Counted from the stretch's first letter, positions 1 to 14,378 are shown. The stretch is DNA of 64,000 nucleotides from Octopus vulgaris (GCA_951406725.2 OX597839.1:30814001-30878000); one strand, 5' to 3'. Numbers and translations are program-made. Notes: generated by a model not told the origin, from the sequence alone.

Positions 1-429
1 GGAGGAGGAGGAAGAGGAGGAGGGCCAACGGAACGGAATCCCTTAACAGACAGAATATGTCTTGTCAAAGAACTTCCTGATTCAATCTGTTAGGTTCTCC
101 GTTGAGAAATTACATCAATAATTTATTATTAAATAATACATAACAACAACAACAACAACAATAATAATAATGAGACGATGATTATTTTTTTTTATTTGCC
201 TCAAGAGTATCAGATGAAGAGAAACATTACAAGGATAGTTTACAATTTGTGGGTTTACATGAAAAAGACAGGGAAAAGAAATTGAGAAGAGTGGGTAGAT
301 GATGTTTAAAAAAAGGGATTCAAAATACGTGAACTTGTGGAAAATGGAGTTCTGATACGGGAAAACCTTCAACTAAGGTTAATGAAGGATTAGCCTGACC
401 CCCAAGGGCACAAGCCCTCGCCCAAATGT

Positions 430-975
430 GTTTCTGCAATCGACAAACGCCTCACTCTGACCCTTTTTATCACAGTCACCCAACCCTTGAAAACTTCGCC
501 AGAAGAGAAAACTTCCCTCTCCATTCTGACTTCCGTTTTGAAGTGGACCTCGAAAAAGTCGACAAAGGTTTGACTGAAGAAGGTGTCCTCAATCTTTTTA
601 GCCTCTTTTCAGCCACACAACCTCTTTTACCATTGTCACTAGACAGAGGAACACTGCTTTGTTAAAGGTGGCTATTGGCTCAGCGATCTTTGCAATGGAC
701 CTGACCGACGCTCGTGTTCTTTCTACACCTGACAATGGCTATTCAACTCCATAACTCAGTAATGAAATGTCTGGATACTGCCCAAATGCACGCAGATCAG
801 CTCTCACTGCTTTGCGAGTCTCGGACAGTTTCACCTGGTAGCACTTCCTCCGTACCTGTAGAGTTTCTCTCAAGCAGGGAGTGCCCCTCGGCAAAACTGC
901 TAGGCCAGGGATTTGTACGAGTTATTCACAATAGACCCCGGCCTGAAAGTCCTCCGAAACGGACTCCTTAGTTCG
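430..975 (-). mobile_element. Degenerate Tx1/L1-clade LINE ORF2 C-terminal fragment
   Basis: Minus-strand frames give FRRTFRPG..NSYKSLA*QFCRGALPA*EKLYRYG..CPR (zf-RVT-like) and MVKEVVW..FFEVHFKTEVRMEREVFS..GWV, with stops and frameshifts. Confidence 0.6.
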
Positions 976-1074
976 TCCTCCTCGTCGACGCCTTACACTC
1001 ACCCCAACATCGTCACCCCCCCCCCTGCTTCACCATCAGAGCTTCATATGTGGTGTCGTTAATTTAGTTACAAA

Positions 1075-1285
1075 AACCAGCAATTTCGGGGGCGGCGGGG
1101 GGGGGGGGGACTAGTCGATACTGTGGGCCCTGCCATTTGACTAGTAATTATTTCATCGACCCAGAAAGGATGAAAGACAAAATTAACCTTGGCGAAATTT
1201 GAACTCAGCATGAAAAGACGGACGAAAAAGTACTCAGCATGTTATCCGGCGTCCTAACAATTCTGCCAACTTACTGCTTCAATAA
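1075..1285 (-). mobile_element. tRNA-derived SINE, family B (core gttcaaattccgccgaggtcgactttgcctttcatcc)
   Basis: Reverse complement of the core seen as aaggatgaaagacaaaattaaccttggcgaaatttgaactc; more than 10 related copies in this window. Confidence 0.75.
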
Positions 1286-1335
1286 CAATAATAATATCTT
1301 TTTATTTGGCACCAAAACCTATTCATTCTTTGCAG

Positions 1336-1560
1336 AGGTGCGTGGAATAGTGGTTAGGGTGTTGGACTCATGATCGTAAGGTTGTGGTTTCGATTCCTGA
1401 ACCGCGTGATGTGTTGTGTTCTTGAGCAAGACACTTCATTTCTCGTTGCTCCAGTCCACTCAGTCAGCAAAGTGAATAATCCTGCGACGGATCGGCGTCC
1501 CATCCAGGGGGAATATATGCGCCACAGAAACCACAGACCTTATGACTAGAGAAGGATCTT
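1336..1560 (+). mobile_element. tRNA-headed SINE (family C) with ttcttgagcaagacactt central domain
   Basis: A-box-like gtggaatagtgg and B-box-like gtttcgattcc, followed by a central domain also present at 13480-13760 and 54790-54922. Confidence 0.7.
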
Positions 1561-2134
1561 TACCCTATTCATTCCTATAAAAACGTATAAGAAAGGTGTT
1601 GTGTGTGATAGTATGCACATTTAACCGTCCAAGTGGAATGAAGGTGGTGGGCGACGTAAAGACATCAAACCATTGGACGTAGGAGGGGCAGAGGAGAACT
1701 GTGGCTTCTTCTCTGCGAAATGAAGCCAGGAGAGAGAGAGCCATCTTCTCTTTTCGCTGCTTGGCCACCTTTGACAGACGCTGCACTTGGTTAAAAACGA
1801 ATGATTGGAACAGCATCACAACAACAGCAACAACAGCAACAATAAAAACTAGTTAAAAAGAAAAAAACACGAAATGAATGTTGTTCGTATTTAAAACCTA
1901 ACGAAAGTGAAAAGGTGTCAGCATCAGCAGCGCCATGATGCCCACCAAAACCTGAAGACGGGGTGGGGTGAAGGTGTAGTATAAGGAGTGTGGAGGAAGG
2001 AGGTGATGTGTAATAACAAGGAGAGGAAGATTGTCGGGTGATGGCGTGGGGGGGGAGGCATTAGGCACACAGCTGAACAGATTATACTACCACACACACA
2101 CACATACACTATATATATACACACACACACACAC

Positions 2135-2460
2135 CCAACCTCATGGTTGATGTAGGTTCAATCCCACAGTGTGCTACTTTTGAGGAGGGCCTTTTATAGC
2201 TCCTTGTCTGTCAAGACCTTGTGAGAGGATTGGTTGACGGAAACTGAAAGGAACCTGTCGTGTGTGTGTGTGTGTACTTGTCCCCACCACCGCTTGATAA
2301 CCGGTGATGGTGTGTTTACGTCCCTGTAACTGAGCAGTTTGGCAAAAGGTAATCAATAGAATAAGTACCAGACTGATTTAAAAAATAAGCCCTGGACTCG
2401 ATTGTCCAAGGTGTTGCCCCAGCATGGCCGCAATCTAATGGCTGAAACAACTGAAAGACA
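2135..2460 (+). mobile_element. tRNA-derived SINE, family A (…gacggaaactgaaagaagcccgtcg…ccagcatggccgca…ctgaaac)
   Basis: Shares diagnostic blocks with about 15 other copies in the window. Confidence 0.75.
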
Positions 2461-3423
2461 TGTATATCCATCCGTCTCCCCAGTTTTATTCCCCCACCCG
2501 GGACCCCCACTAACAGACATTTAGCAAGAGTTTCATCGACTGGGATCAAACTTGGACCCACGACCCTACAATGTAAACTTATTAACGAATTTGTCTGCTG
2601 CAGTGTTTGGGGTGGGGGGTGTTAATGGTGATAGGGGTGGCGGAGGTGGTTGTAGCAGTGGCGCTGGTGTTGGGGGTAGTGGTGGTGTTGGAGGGGAGGA
2701 GCACTTAACTTTTTTTTTAAATATTAAAATAATAGCTGTAAATCCCCACCCCATCCCCACCCGGCTAAAGATCTCCTACAAATAAAAACTATTTTAATGA
2801 GAGAACGGTGCCGGGTAGTTGAGGTGTGAAGTGGCGGGGTGGGGTAGTAGTAGAGATAGGGGTGGAGGGAGAGCGAGAGAGCGGAATGAGAGGGAGGTGT
2901 GATGTGTCGGATGGGGGAGGAGAGCGAGGTGTGATGTGGTTTACCCTGGGAGGAGCACTGCATTGTGGGTAGCTTTGTTTTGTGTCGAGGGTGGCGGCGG
3001 TGATGGTGTTGGTGGTGGGATGTCGTGGGGTGGATGGTTTTGTTGGTTGTTAAATGAGAATGTGTGTGTGTGTGTGTGTCCATGGGGGACGTGACGCGGT
3101 GTATTGTGGGATTGGGGTATGTGAGTGATGAAGATGGGGGAGGTGGGGGTGGAGACGGAGAGGAAGGCTATTATGAAATAGATATTGCAAAACTTGCTAC
3201 GTGTGTGTGTGTGTGTGTGTGTGTCCACATATTAATGAAAGTGAAATGGTGATGGTTGGGAGAAGAGAGGGGTGGGGGTTAGGGTGTGAAGATTATAATG
3301 GTGCGGTGTTCGTTAATGATGAGGATTTTTTTGTGATGAGGGGAGGTGATGATGATGATGATATTAGCAGAGACAATAATAATGGATAATGAATATATGT
3401 GCAATGGGAATTAAGATGAAATG

Positions 3424-3466
<43 letters not shown>

Positions 3467-3482
3467 ACACACACACACACTG

Positions 3483-3538
<56 letters not shown>

Positions 3539-4016
3539 ACACACACGCACACACACTGACACACACACACACTGACACACATACACACAGACACACAGAC
3601 ACATACACACACGCACACACACACACATTGTGTATGTTCCTGTGTTGGGAATGCAATGTGACCAAATTGGTTAAAAAGTTCGTTCAGCAACCAAGTGTTG
3701 GGTTCGCTCCCACCGCGTGGTGTCTTGTCCAAATGTCATTTACCCTGGTCTTGGGTCGACCCAAGTTTTCTGAATGAACGGAAACTGTCGAGTGGATCGT
3801 ACCCGTAATTCAAAGGTTAGACCTGTGTGCCACACTGATTACGTTAAGAGGACACATGTCTGTGGAATACTCGGCCACTTACACGTTAATTCGTTGAACA
3901 GGTCATTCGGGGGCAACTGAGAAATCATCGTCGATGTTGACGGATAGCCATTTACAAGAGGACAAAATGTTCCTCAACATCCACTCTTTCTGTCCCTCTC
4001 TTTCTCTGTCGCTCTC

Positions 4017-4065
<49 letters not shown>

Positions 4066-4229
4066 CTAATGAGTAACTATCTACCTAGTAACTTAGCCTG
4101 TTAGAAATAGTAGTCAAAATACCCATGCCCTGCTTATATCTCCAAGGTTTGGCTTTTTTGTGAGATTTGGAAACTGGTTCGATCCTAAATAGCTTCTGGT
4201 CCCTGTACAAGACACAGGTGCGCTCACAT

Positions 4230-4426
4230 TAGACTACATCTGGAAGCCATCTACTCGCAATACCAGAGGGCGCACACTCTCCTACCCTGATGTAATCTCC
4301 AGGGATACAGGCATCCAGCAACGGGACCTCCGTAATGCCATGATGGACCGTGAAGTCTGGCGTAGCATGGTAAATTCCATTGTCTCGACCACAGTCGAAC
4401 AATGATGAAGATGATAGACTACATCT
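4230..4426 (+). mobile_element. 5'-truncated RTE-like LINE 3' end with (TGA)n tail and 12-bp target-site duplication
   Basis: WKPSTRNTRGRTLSYPDVISRDTG..AMMDREVWRSMV..* (RTE-type DRxxWR end), tail tgatgaagatga, flanked by tagactacatct at 4230-4241 and 4415-4426. Confidence 0.8.
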
Positions 4427-6399
4427 ACATTGGAGTACTCTCCAGTAAACTAGAGAGTACAGCAACTAGAAACGCTAATCACAAAGTATTCCAAATTAAA
4501 GTTTTAAAGATGAAGTTTTAATTAACCAACGCAACTCACAACTTTGTGGTCGCTGACGATAACAGAAAGAACAGCTAAATCTCCCTCAAATCACACGTTA
4601 GTATTTTTGAGTAGTAAACTTCATTCATTGCCCGATTTAGCATCACCTCCTGGGACTTTGAGGGCTTAGAGTGGACCCAGTTCTAGGCCAATCCTCTGGT
4701 TTGAGGATCCCTTCTTCTTTTCTTCCCCGTCAGTGTCGCAGACCCCTGTTGAGGTTCACAGCGCTGCGCTTTCTCTTGACAAAAGAGAGACAGACAGACA
4801 GACAATGCATGAGATAACATAACGTGTTCTAAATACGCTGCTATGCCTAGAACAAAGACAACGACGAGATGGTTACGTCCGGAGCGTCTTTGTTTGTTGG
4901 ACTGCATCAATCTGGAGTTACATAGCCAACCAACCAACCAACCAGCCAGCCAGCCAGCCAACCATATATGGTGATCTGTTCTTTGCACAGAAATATGTCT
5001 ATTGACATTATTCGATTACGTGAACCGGTGTTGTTTAGCCCCAGGCTAACACTATTCCAGAGACCTATGATCATAGTGACCTATGAACACTAACATTCAA
5101 GCTGTGACCACCCGGTCTTTTTAGGGGTGTCCGGATCTATATTCTCTGTGTTTTGCCCATTGTTAATAGGGTAATAAGGGGTGGTTCTTAGTAGCTTATT
5201 GACACGACCAGGCCGGCCACATCTTATTGCTGGTATGGCTAGCCATGTCCTATCGACCCGGCTAGGCTAGACATGTCCTAGTGTTGGAAGTCCTATTGAC
5301 ACGCTTGAGCTACCCATAACCTGGAGATGCCTGTCCTATTGACACGGTTAGCTTCACCTCTCCAGTTTTATTGCTGTATTAACTAAACATTAGTGGGAAG
5401 TAATGGCCCCCTGATGCCCCTGATGTGGTCTGTAGATGCCAGCCCCCTCGCCGCCTTCCATGTCTCTGCTTTCTATAAAAGCACCGCTGTCACCCCCCTC
5501 ACCACCACTCCCTCATATGATCACACATTTACATCACCTCCTCCTTCCACTCTCACCGTCGCCACCGCCAACACCCACTCGCCACCATCATCCACATACA
5601 CACACACACACACACATACTCCCCCCCCCATATCCCGTTCGTTCAGCTTTTCATTGTCTTTTGTTGTTGTTGTTATCATTATAGTGATTTATGATTATTT
5701 TTATTATTATTTACCTCCCTCCCCCCTTCCTCTCTTTCTTCCTCTTCCCCTCCCATCCCCACCCCCACCCGCCTCCTTTCCCGTTTCCTTTCCATTCCTG
5801 GTGTTGTTGCTGTTGTTGTTGTCTCTAATGTCCATCCAATAGTTTTCCAGCTGCTAAATTATGTTTGTTTCTAACATTAGTGTTGTTGCTGTTGTTGTTG
5901 TTATTGTACTTGATGACGACGACGGCCACAGGACTAAATAATAATAACAATAATAATAATAATGATAATGTATTTTTAGTCATTTTATTATTATTCATGT
6001 TGTGTGCGTGTATGTATGTGTGTGTCTATATGTGTGTGTCTATATGTGTGTGCGTGTGTGTGTGTATGTGGTGCCAGTTAATTCAATTAAGCGACTGCTC
6101 CACCCAAAAATCACTTCAAAAACACAAACATTTCACACAAAAATAACGCGTGTCATTCGCTTTGTTAATCGACCGGAAGTTCGTTATTGCGCATGCCGAT
6201 GTTAGTTTTCTTTTGTAGGCTTTTTTTTTTTTCGTATATTTTCTCTATTTTATTTTATTTTATTTTATTTTATTTTATTTTCCAATATTGGATGTTGAAG
6301 TTAGACAGAGTGACGGAGATGGACGGACGGCAACGATGGTTGTCTGTCTGGCTGGCTGGCTGGATAGTTTCGCACAACGAACCATTAGCAGCATCAGCT

Positions 6400-6446
<47 letters not shown>

Positions 6447-7059
6447 ACCCACCTACACACATTTATCCACACATACACACACGCACAAAATTACACATGC
6501 GTACACGCACGCGCGCACTTTTGCTACGTCAGCAAAATAAGTAGATGGAAGATTTTGCAAAGAACTCAAATGTTTACGAGAAAAGTGGGAAAACTATTGA
6601 GACCTCTGTTCAGACTAAGAGAATCGATATCTTACGTATCGCTGCTCACACACGCACACTGAAAGATGGATGGATGGATAAGTAATAAACTACAAATCAT
6701 TGGCGGATGGACTACCAATGGTTTCATGTGAATAAATGCTCAATTATTCAATCGTAGATTAATGTTGACACTTCGGGTTGTATGTACGTAAGTTTATGCG
6801 TTTTGTATGAATGTATGAACGCAAACACACACATTATATATATGTAATTTGGGCAGTGGTGGGTACTAATGGATATATGTCAATTAGTGTGTTGAGTAAA
6901 GCACGTTCACAGCTGTGGCTCCCTGGTGACATCCACGGTTGTGGTCTATTTCCGCCGAATCTACTTCAAGATTTGCGCACTGTTAGCTGAGACAGTAGTA
7001 CTAAACGGAAGACAGATGTCTTTATTCAGGGCGACGATCGTTTCAACTTATCCTGAAAC

Positions 7060-7800
7060 TGTTCGTTATGGGCACGATTTTGTGCATCAAATTATGTTGC
7101 ATCAAGCTGTGTGCAGTTTTGTGTCACATCAGGTCCATGCATAAAGAAGGGGATGTCTCGTTAGATATATATATATATATGAGATGTCCCAGGCATGTTG
7201 TTCGTGACTGCTGTATCTTAGCTAAGATTATCAATCTGGATAAGCTTGGATTTCCAGAAAAAGAAATCAACCAACCAACTCACACATTACAAATACAATC
7301 TTGTAAGTGGAACAGTAAGACTCTGCAAGACTTTTCTCAAGTTTAATATGTGACGTTTTTTTCGTAATCTACATTTCAACGATGGAGCTTTGTATCTTTG
7401 TTAGAAAATAGCTCCTTCTTCTTAATTGAAAACAAAAAAGAACATTCCTACATACAAACAAGGCGAATTGGAGCGTTGGTTTGTTGCAACTCATTTCCAT
7501 CTGAGTTGAAATTCTGCGGTCGGCTTTGCTCTGTTGCGTGTAATGGAAGCCGCGTTACTCTTGTCATATTCAATGGCGACCACTTTTTGCCATAAGGTGC
7601 CTCTGGGTGGAGGCCTTTGTATTACATCTGGATTGGGCGCATTACCAGATTTGCACGCACTGTTTTTCGAGACATTGTGTATCTAGGACTACATTATGCA
7701 ATGTGCTTTTTCTTGGTTTAGCAGGGGCTGATTGAGGAAGATTTCTAGTTGGCCAACATGGATGTGGACTTGGGACAAAGTACGAAAACAAAAAAAGAAA
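7060..7800 (-). mobile_element. Possible very degraded Tc1/mariner transposase relic
   Basis: Scattered minus-strand peptides (KQCVQIW, DFFFW, LQQTNAP) resembling Tc1/mariner motifs; no intact frame. Confidence 0.3.
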
Positions 7801-9214
7801 ATTCAAAGAGATTGGAGGGTTCGGGTGATCTGGAAGTTGTGATATTAGTAATGTAAGGAAAAGGATTAGGGGCCATAAAGGAAGTGAAACAGTTTGTAGG
7901 CGTGATTCGAAACTGGTTTGGAGAGTTAACAAATGGTGAGTTTACGGCAATAATGGGGGTGGGGGAGGGATGGGGTTGTCTCGTTCCCCAGAGAGAAAAT
8001 AGATAAATAAATATAAATAAAAACAGCAGCGATGACAACAAAAACAACAACCAGAACAATAACAAGAAAAAAGTAAAAAACAAAAAAAAAAGAAGCGGGA
8101 AAAACAAGGAAACGAAAAAAGGATGAAAAAATGTGAGAGAAAGAGAAAAACGTGTAAAACAAAAGAAGGAGTACCGTGACCACCACGACGGGCGGATCTA
8201 AAAATAATATTTTTGAATAGAAAAAAAAAAGATAAACAAAAGAGGAAGCGGTGGGGGTGGGGAAGCATTGAAAGCTGAGTAAAATGTGAGGAAAACATTT
8301 TAACATGAATTTAAAATGGAATTATTTGATGCGAGCCATTTTAAGAGAAAGAATTTTCCATAAAACCACTCGGCGTTTCACGTGATTGAATGGGATTTCA
8401 CGGTTGGAACTAAATACATCAACACATCGGGAATAATAGCTTCACAATAAACACACACACACACACACTCTCCCCCGTAGTGTATTTGTGTGTAGGTGCA
8501 TATATGTGCACTATATATATATTTGCATATATATATATGTGTGTGTGTATATACTTCAATATGTAGATATATATGTAGGTATATGTATATATTTAATTAT
8601 TTCTGTGTGTGTGTGTATGTATGTATGGATATATATATATATTTGTATGAGCTTGTACATGTACTTTTTTATGAGTATGAATGTATATAGATTTGTATAT
8701 ATATATATATATATATGATATATATTTATATATTTGTTTGTGTGTATGTCTGTATATATGTATCATTGCATCCAGCCAATTCTCTCTTATATTGGTCTAA
8801 TTGCAATAAACTCTTTGATTTATGCATGTTTGATTGAGTCTCCACCGCTGGAACCACTGTTTACCATTTTAATGACAAACAGAAGAACCACGCGCCGGCG
8901 CACACACACACACACACACCTTCATCCAACCCTGAATGTGTTGGTGATGTCGTTTTAATTACCGTTCAGATATTTTGTTTGTTATGTAATAGCAATATTA
9001 TAAATGACGATAATGACTTGTCTCCATATCAGTGAGGCTGGTGTAGAGAAACGGAATACGAGTCACAAACAAACGAGGTTTCTCTCGATTAAAAAAAAAA
9101 GGCAAACATGAAGAAGATACGACAAAAAGTCACAAAAACAAAATTCCTCACCCCTCGATCGGCCTTCGCCTCCCTCTTCAAATATTTGAAAAGGTTTAAT
9201 AATATTTCTTTCCA

Positions 9215-10080
9215 ATTTTTGACACAGGGCCATACAGCTTGGCTGATACTTATTTTATCGGCCCCGAAAGGATGAAAGGCAAAATCGACCCCAGCGGCAT
9301 TTAAACTCAGAACGTAGCGACGGACTAAATGGCCCTAAGCATTTCGTCCGGCATGCTAACGATTCTGCCAGCTCACCGCCTTAATAATAATAATCCTTTC
9401 TACTGTAGGCACAAGGTCTGAAATTTGCGGGGAGGAGGTAAGTCGATAGCATCGCCCTCTGTAGTTTAGTGGTACTTAATTTATCGACCCCGAAAAGATG
9501 AAAGGTATATTAATAATGATAATAATAATAATAATAATGTGTACTGTAAGCAGAAGGCCTAAAATTTCGGTGGAGCGGTGTTAGTCGATTACATCGACTC
9601 CAGTGCTGAAGTGGATACCGAAAGGATGAAAGGCAAATTCGACCTCGGCGGAATTTGAACTCAGAACGTAGCGACGAGCGAAATACCGCTAAGCATCTCG
9701 CCCGTCGCTACGTTCTGAGTTCAAATTCCGCCGAGGTCGACTTTCGGGGTCGGCATCCCTCAATGGTGGGCCACGGGATGGCGAGCCTTCGGGCAAGCTC
9801 TCCTGCGTCTCTGACCCGCAGTGACTTGTGCCGCTTGGGTGCTCAGTGACAGACCTGAAAAGCCGAATTGTACAAGTCAGCCTTCCCTCGGATTCGGTCC
9901 CCCGGGAGCTCTCAGAGCCTCGCCTACCGGGGGGACCAGCATATCGCTCGTCGCTACGTTCTGAGTTCAAATTCCGCCGAGGTCCACTTCACTTTTCATT
10001 TTCGAGGTCGATAACCGACTCGTCCCCACCCCCTCAAATCTCAGGCCTTGTGCCTTTAGTAGAAAGGACTATTATTGCTT
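9215..10080. mobile_element. Cluster of family B SINE pieces in both orientations, including a fold-back at 9639-9740
   Basis: Repeated gaaaggatgaaaggcaaa..gacctcggcggaatttgaactcagaacgtagc and its reverse complement. Confidence 0.8.
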
Positions 10081-11040
10081 GAAGTGGGGGGAGCGGATTG
10101 CCAGAAAGCTTTGAACTAAAAAGTTCTGAGATGGGCGGGTGGGGTGGGGCGTTTGGCCAACATAGCTGTTTCTCGTGTTCTGGCACACTTCCAAAATTGG
10201 AAATTATTATTATTATTATTATGTCCTTCACAATGACAACTGGGCAGCCATTTGTCTGTGATAACTTTGCAACTTCATCATCAGTGTCATCACCACCACC
10301 ACCACCACCACTACCATCATCATCATCATCATCGTCTTCACTACCAACATCTACCATTATCATCATCACCTTCATCATTATCGCCACCACCACCACCATC
10401 ATCTCCATTACCGTCGTCTTCGTCTCATCATCATCATCATTATGAACATCAATAAACCCTTAATTATCATTATCGTTGTTGTTGTTGTTGTTGTTGTACA
10501 TTATATCACATAGTTTCGTAGGTGACAGTGTTAGTGCCCGGCTGGTTGGTCGGTCGGTCGGTCGGTGTCTCACTCTGAAAGTTTTTTTGTTTTCTTTGAG
10601 GTGAGGTGACAAGTTTCAACATGAGTTGATTATTATTTTTTCTTTTCAAAATACAGCAGTAAAAAGGGGACCAGAACTTCGGGTGTGAGAGAAGGGGACA
10701 CAGCACAATGGTGTGACATCAATTTTATTACATAAAAAAAAAAAAGAACCGAAAATCTGTGAAAATGCTTAATATTTTATTCAAGAAGTTTTATTAATAT
10801 TTTAGTAATGTTTTGTAATGTAGTGTAAATTAAATCCATAATGAATATATTATGTGATAAACAGAGATTTGTGGTGGTCGTCGTGGTGGGGGCGGGGATG
10901 AATTGCAGCGATATTCCTTTGAAATGCCTCTCTAATTGTCACCGCCAACGACATGAAAAAAAAACACAAAAAAAAAGACAAATCAAACTCCGCAAATCTA
11001 TAAACACACACACATACATAAATATAATGATTACATCAGT

Positions 11041-11102
<62 letters not shown>

Positions 11103-11544
11103 ATCAAAAGGAATACATTTCTAAACAATTAGACTGCATTCAATATTGTTGGTATAACAAAATCTTTGCTATTAATCGAACATGTATGAACCCCCCCCCC
11201 ACCTTCATTTCGATCCCCCCTCTCTCTATTTCTTTGCTTGCCCCCCTCCCCCTCATCACACCTATCGATCTGTCTGCATATTTTGTGTTGAGTTCGTTGA
11301 AGGGTTTCAACCATTGGACTGCGGCCATGCTGGAGCAGCGTCGCTAAGGGTTTCAGGCAATCATGTCGTCCCCAGTATTTATTGCATCGATCAATATTTG
11401 TTGAATGGCTAAGTCGCCATGTAATTAAGATACACATCATAATAAACAATGCATATGTACAGACATACATATATACTTGCACACTCAGAAACGCACACAC
11501 ACACACACACACACGTATTATACACATACATATATATTGCCAAA

Positions 11545-12200
11545 TCCGTCATGAACGTCTCTCGCCCGTCACAGTCACATCTTCAGGATGAAGTGGGGTC
11601 TTATAAGAAGCAGGGTCAATGTGGTTGGTGCCGGAACTTTAACAGTCGGACGTTTATTGTTGTTTATGATCGATGTTTGTGGTGTGTTTATATCTTCGTT
11701 TTGTTCAGTGTTCTAATTCTGCTCTTTTTATCCTATTTGTCTGGGAATAATACAGTATAACTGTATTATTTACTAATGTTTTCCTGTCTACTTTTGTTAT
11801 CCGCTGTGTGGAGTGATTGCTGACAGGAGAGTATCGCACTGGAAAGCCAATATAACAGTTGGAGTCGTTGAGTTTATAACTTTCAGATTAGCAATGCAAT
11901 TTACAAACCCCATCAGCCATCATTAGGTTTTTGCTGTTTAAAGACTTGTGGTTCGCTAAAGTTTTTTTTTTCCAATAAACTTAGATGCATTTCTAGTATA
12001 TTATTAGTTTAAAGTTAAACGTAAGAGATCTTGTGTTCTGTTTTATGATCTTTTGGTGTGTTCATCGGTTGCTTATTGTATGGTTTATGCATCCTTAATA
12101 ATAGATGTCGTATCTGATGTATATACTTCGTTGTACTTATATGTTTATATTGTTCCAGGAGTTGGTTTGTTTAGTTTATTAGAATATTTGTTGTTGCCAG
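11545..12200 (-). mobile_element. Degenerate Penelope-like element 3' part (GIY-YIG relic plus decayed hammerhead)
   Basis: Minus-strand KLIIY, GVCKLHC..NDSNCYIGF and KTLVNNTVIL resemble the PLE endonuclease. Downstream is atcCTGAAGAtgtgac…acgtt..ggat (~11545-11590). Confidence 0.5.
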
Positions 12201-13479
12201 TTTCATTTTATGCGACAGATTTATCTGGTTTCGTGTTTCGGCTTTTCCCACTCGAGATTTCCTCATGTTTCCGTGTCGTTGTCTCCATCGAACGATCGAC
12301 ATTCAGTTTTGTCTCAGCTGCAAACGAATGTAATATCTCTGTTGTTTTCTCTCTTGATTTTAACATTTTGAAATAGATGCGCTTTGTTGCCATCACTTTT
12401 ATCCGGAAAGATAAAAGCAAAGTTAACCTCGGAAAATATTGAATCCTGAACGTAAAAAACCCCAAACAAACAGAAACAAACACTACAAGAAGTGTTTTTA
12501 TCTGATATTCTAAAGATTCAGTGACTGAGTCTCTCATATACAGAAATATCTAAACACTAATGAAGCGCCATTGACTACAGCTGAGTTCAATGCCACACTC
12601 AATCTCTCTGTTAATTCTTTGAATAAAGAGGTGGCAATTGGTGAGAGGATGTTCGATATTGTGGAGCGAACAAAGAGAAAGGTTAAACTCTATCAATGTG
12701 TTGTTGCAAACGAAAACCTTAACATCATTCTGCATTCCGCATCTTCTCATAATGCTGTTGCCACAAAGTCCAAAATATTCCCTCGAAGTCTTTGAACCCA
12801 TGATTCTTCGTTTCAGGTGGTCACTTTTGGAGCAAACACTGTAATGACGGCGGCGTGGTGCTTGTGCATTTTGCACTAAGTTGCAAAAGATCACGAAAAT
12901 ATTGTTATAACTGGAAAAATCATCAACGCCGAATTTAAAGTTATTCTACTTGTGGTAGATTCCGTCGTTGATTTTAAGTGTTTTGTATTTTTCTGTTGAT
13001 AATGAGTTTGTCATTAAATATTAGTAAAGTTACCTTATTTAATAAACAAATGTTTAAAACATTCTATGTAGAGTGTTGTTACTGTTGTCAGACGAAAGTG
13101 CTTTCGCATCCAGTTTTATTTTTGCAGACTAATTTATAATTCATCGTAATGGCTCCTTGCTGTGAATGCGTGGACAACCAACGAGAAAGTGTTACACGTG
13201 TGTGTTCAATGTAAACAGATGAGATGTGAAGTTCACAACTTTACTGCGCACATCGAGATTTTGGTCTTACTTTGGCTGTCTGCAGTGCGTTCCGTACTTT
13301 ACTCAATGAAAAATCTTCTCATAATACACACACACACACACACACACATATGCTCACGTATCATATCTGCCGCCTGTCTGTATAGACAGACATACAAATA
13401 TGCTCAGGTACATACACACGCACGTAATGAGAACTTACATGAACACATGCATACATACAGATACAAACATATACAGACA

Positions 13480-13760
13480 GGCACTCCACCGGTTGCGACG
13501 ACGAGTGTTGCCGTTGAACCGATCGACAGAACAGCCAACTCATGAAACTCTGTTTCTTGTTCAAGTGGCTGAGTACTCCACAGATACGCAATACGCTTGT
13601 GGCTAGATTCGACGTGACGAGGTTGGCCTTTTGGAATACAGTACAACACGGACTGGAATAAAGTGCCCCTGCTCAAAGACACAACGCTCCGCTGGAAATC
13701 GAACCCACGAACTTACGATCGTGAGGCGAGTACTCTAACCACTCAGCCACGCGCCTTACA
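13480..13760 (-). mobile_element. tRNA-headed SINE (family C)
   Basis: Minus strand ggcgcgtggctgagtggttagagtactcgcc…gggttcgatttcc, then tgtgtctttgagcagg. Confidence 0.7.
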
Positions 13761-14338
13761 CACACACACACCACAAACCCATACTTACATATATTTACAT
13801 ATAAACACATGCATACATACATAAATGCATATATATACACACACACACACATAGACAGCTATGGATAAACCCACCACCCATCCATACGCATAAATATACA
13901 AACACACAGACGTAGATAGTACCAAGGACAAATTCTCTTTTTCCTTTTTCATGTTTGTTGTGTCGTTTCGGTTCACCCCCCCCCCCCCCGTTCCCCACTG
14001 AAATAGTTGGTTCCATTGTAACAACAATAACCCTGGCCCCTCCCCTCATAAATCTATCGACGTGACCTTGTGTTCACGCTAGAATTCAATAATCTTCAAA
14101 AACCGTTACTAAATGTCTACAATGGAGCAGAGATGTCAGGAATTTGTGCTTTATCAGCAGATTTTGTTAATTAAAAATTATTTTCAATTAATTGATTTCC
14201 CACTAAAATGAAAAACAAATGAAAAATATTCAAAAGAATTCCATTTATTAAAAATTGTTTAAAATTGTACCAAACCAACTCACCAAATGTTTCGCAAAAG
14301 GTTTCAGTTTTTATTTTCAAAATTGCAAAATATTAACC

Positions 14339-14378
<40 letters not shown>

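Noticed and set aside
5197-5346. CRISPR-like spaced motif (tattgacacg at 5197, ~5251, 5294, 5337)
   Set aside because: The repeat is only ~10-13 bp and degenerate, the context is eukaryotic and there are no cas genes; likely a decayed minisatellite.
10034-10455. Poly-His/Ser/Asp ORFs
   Set aside because: (CAT/CAC)n trinucleotide repeat with no splice or domain support.
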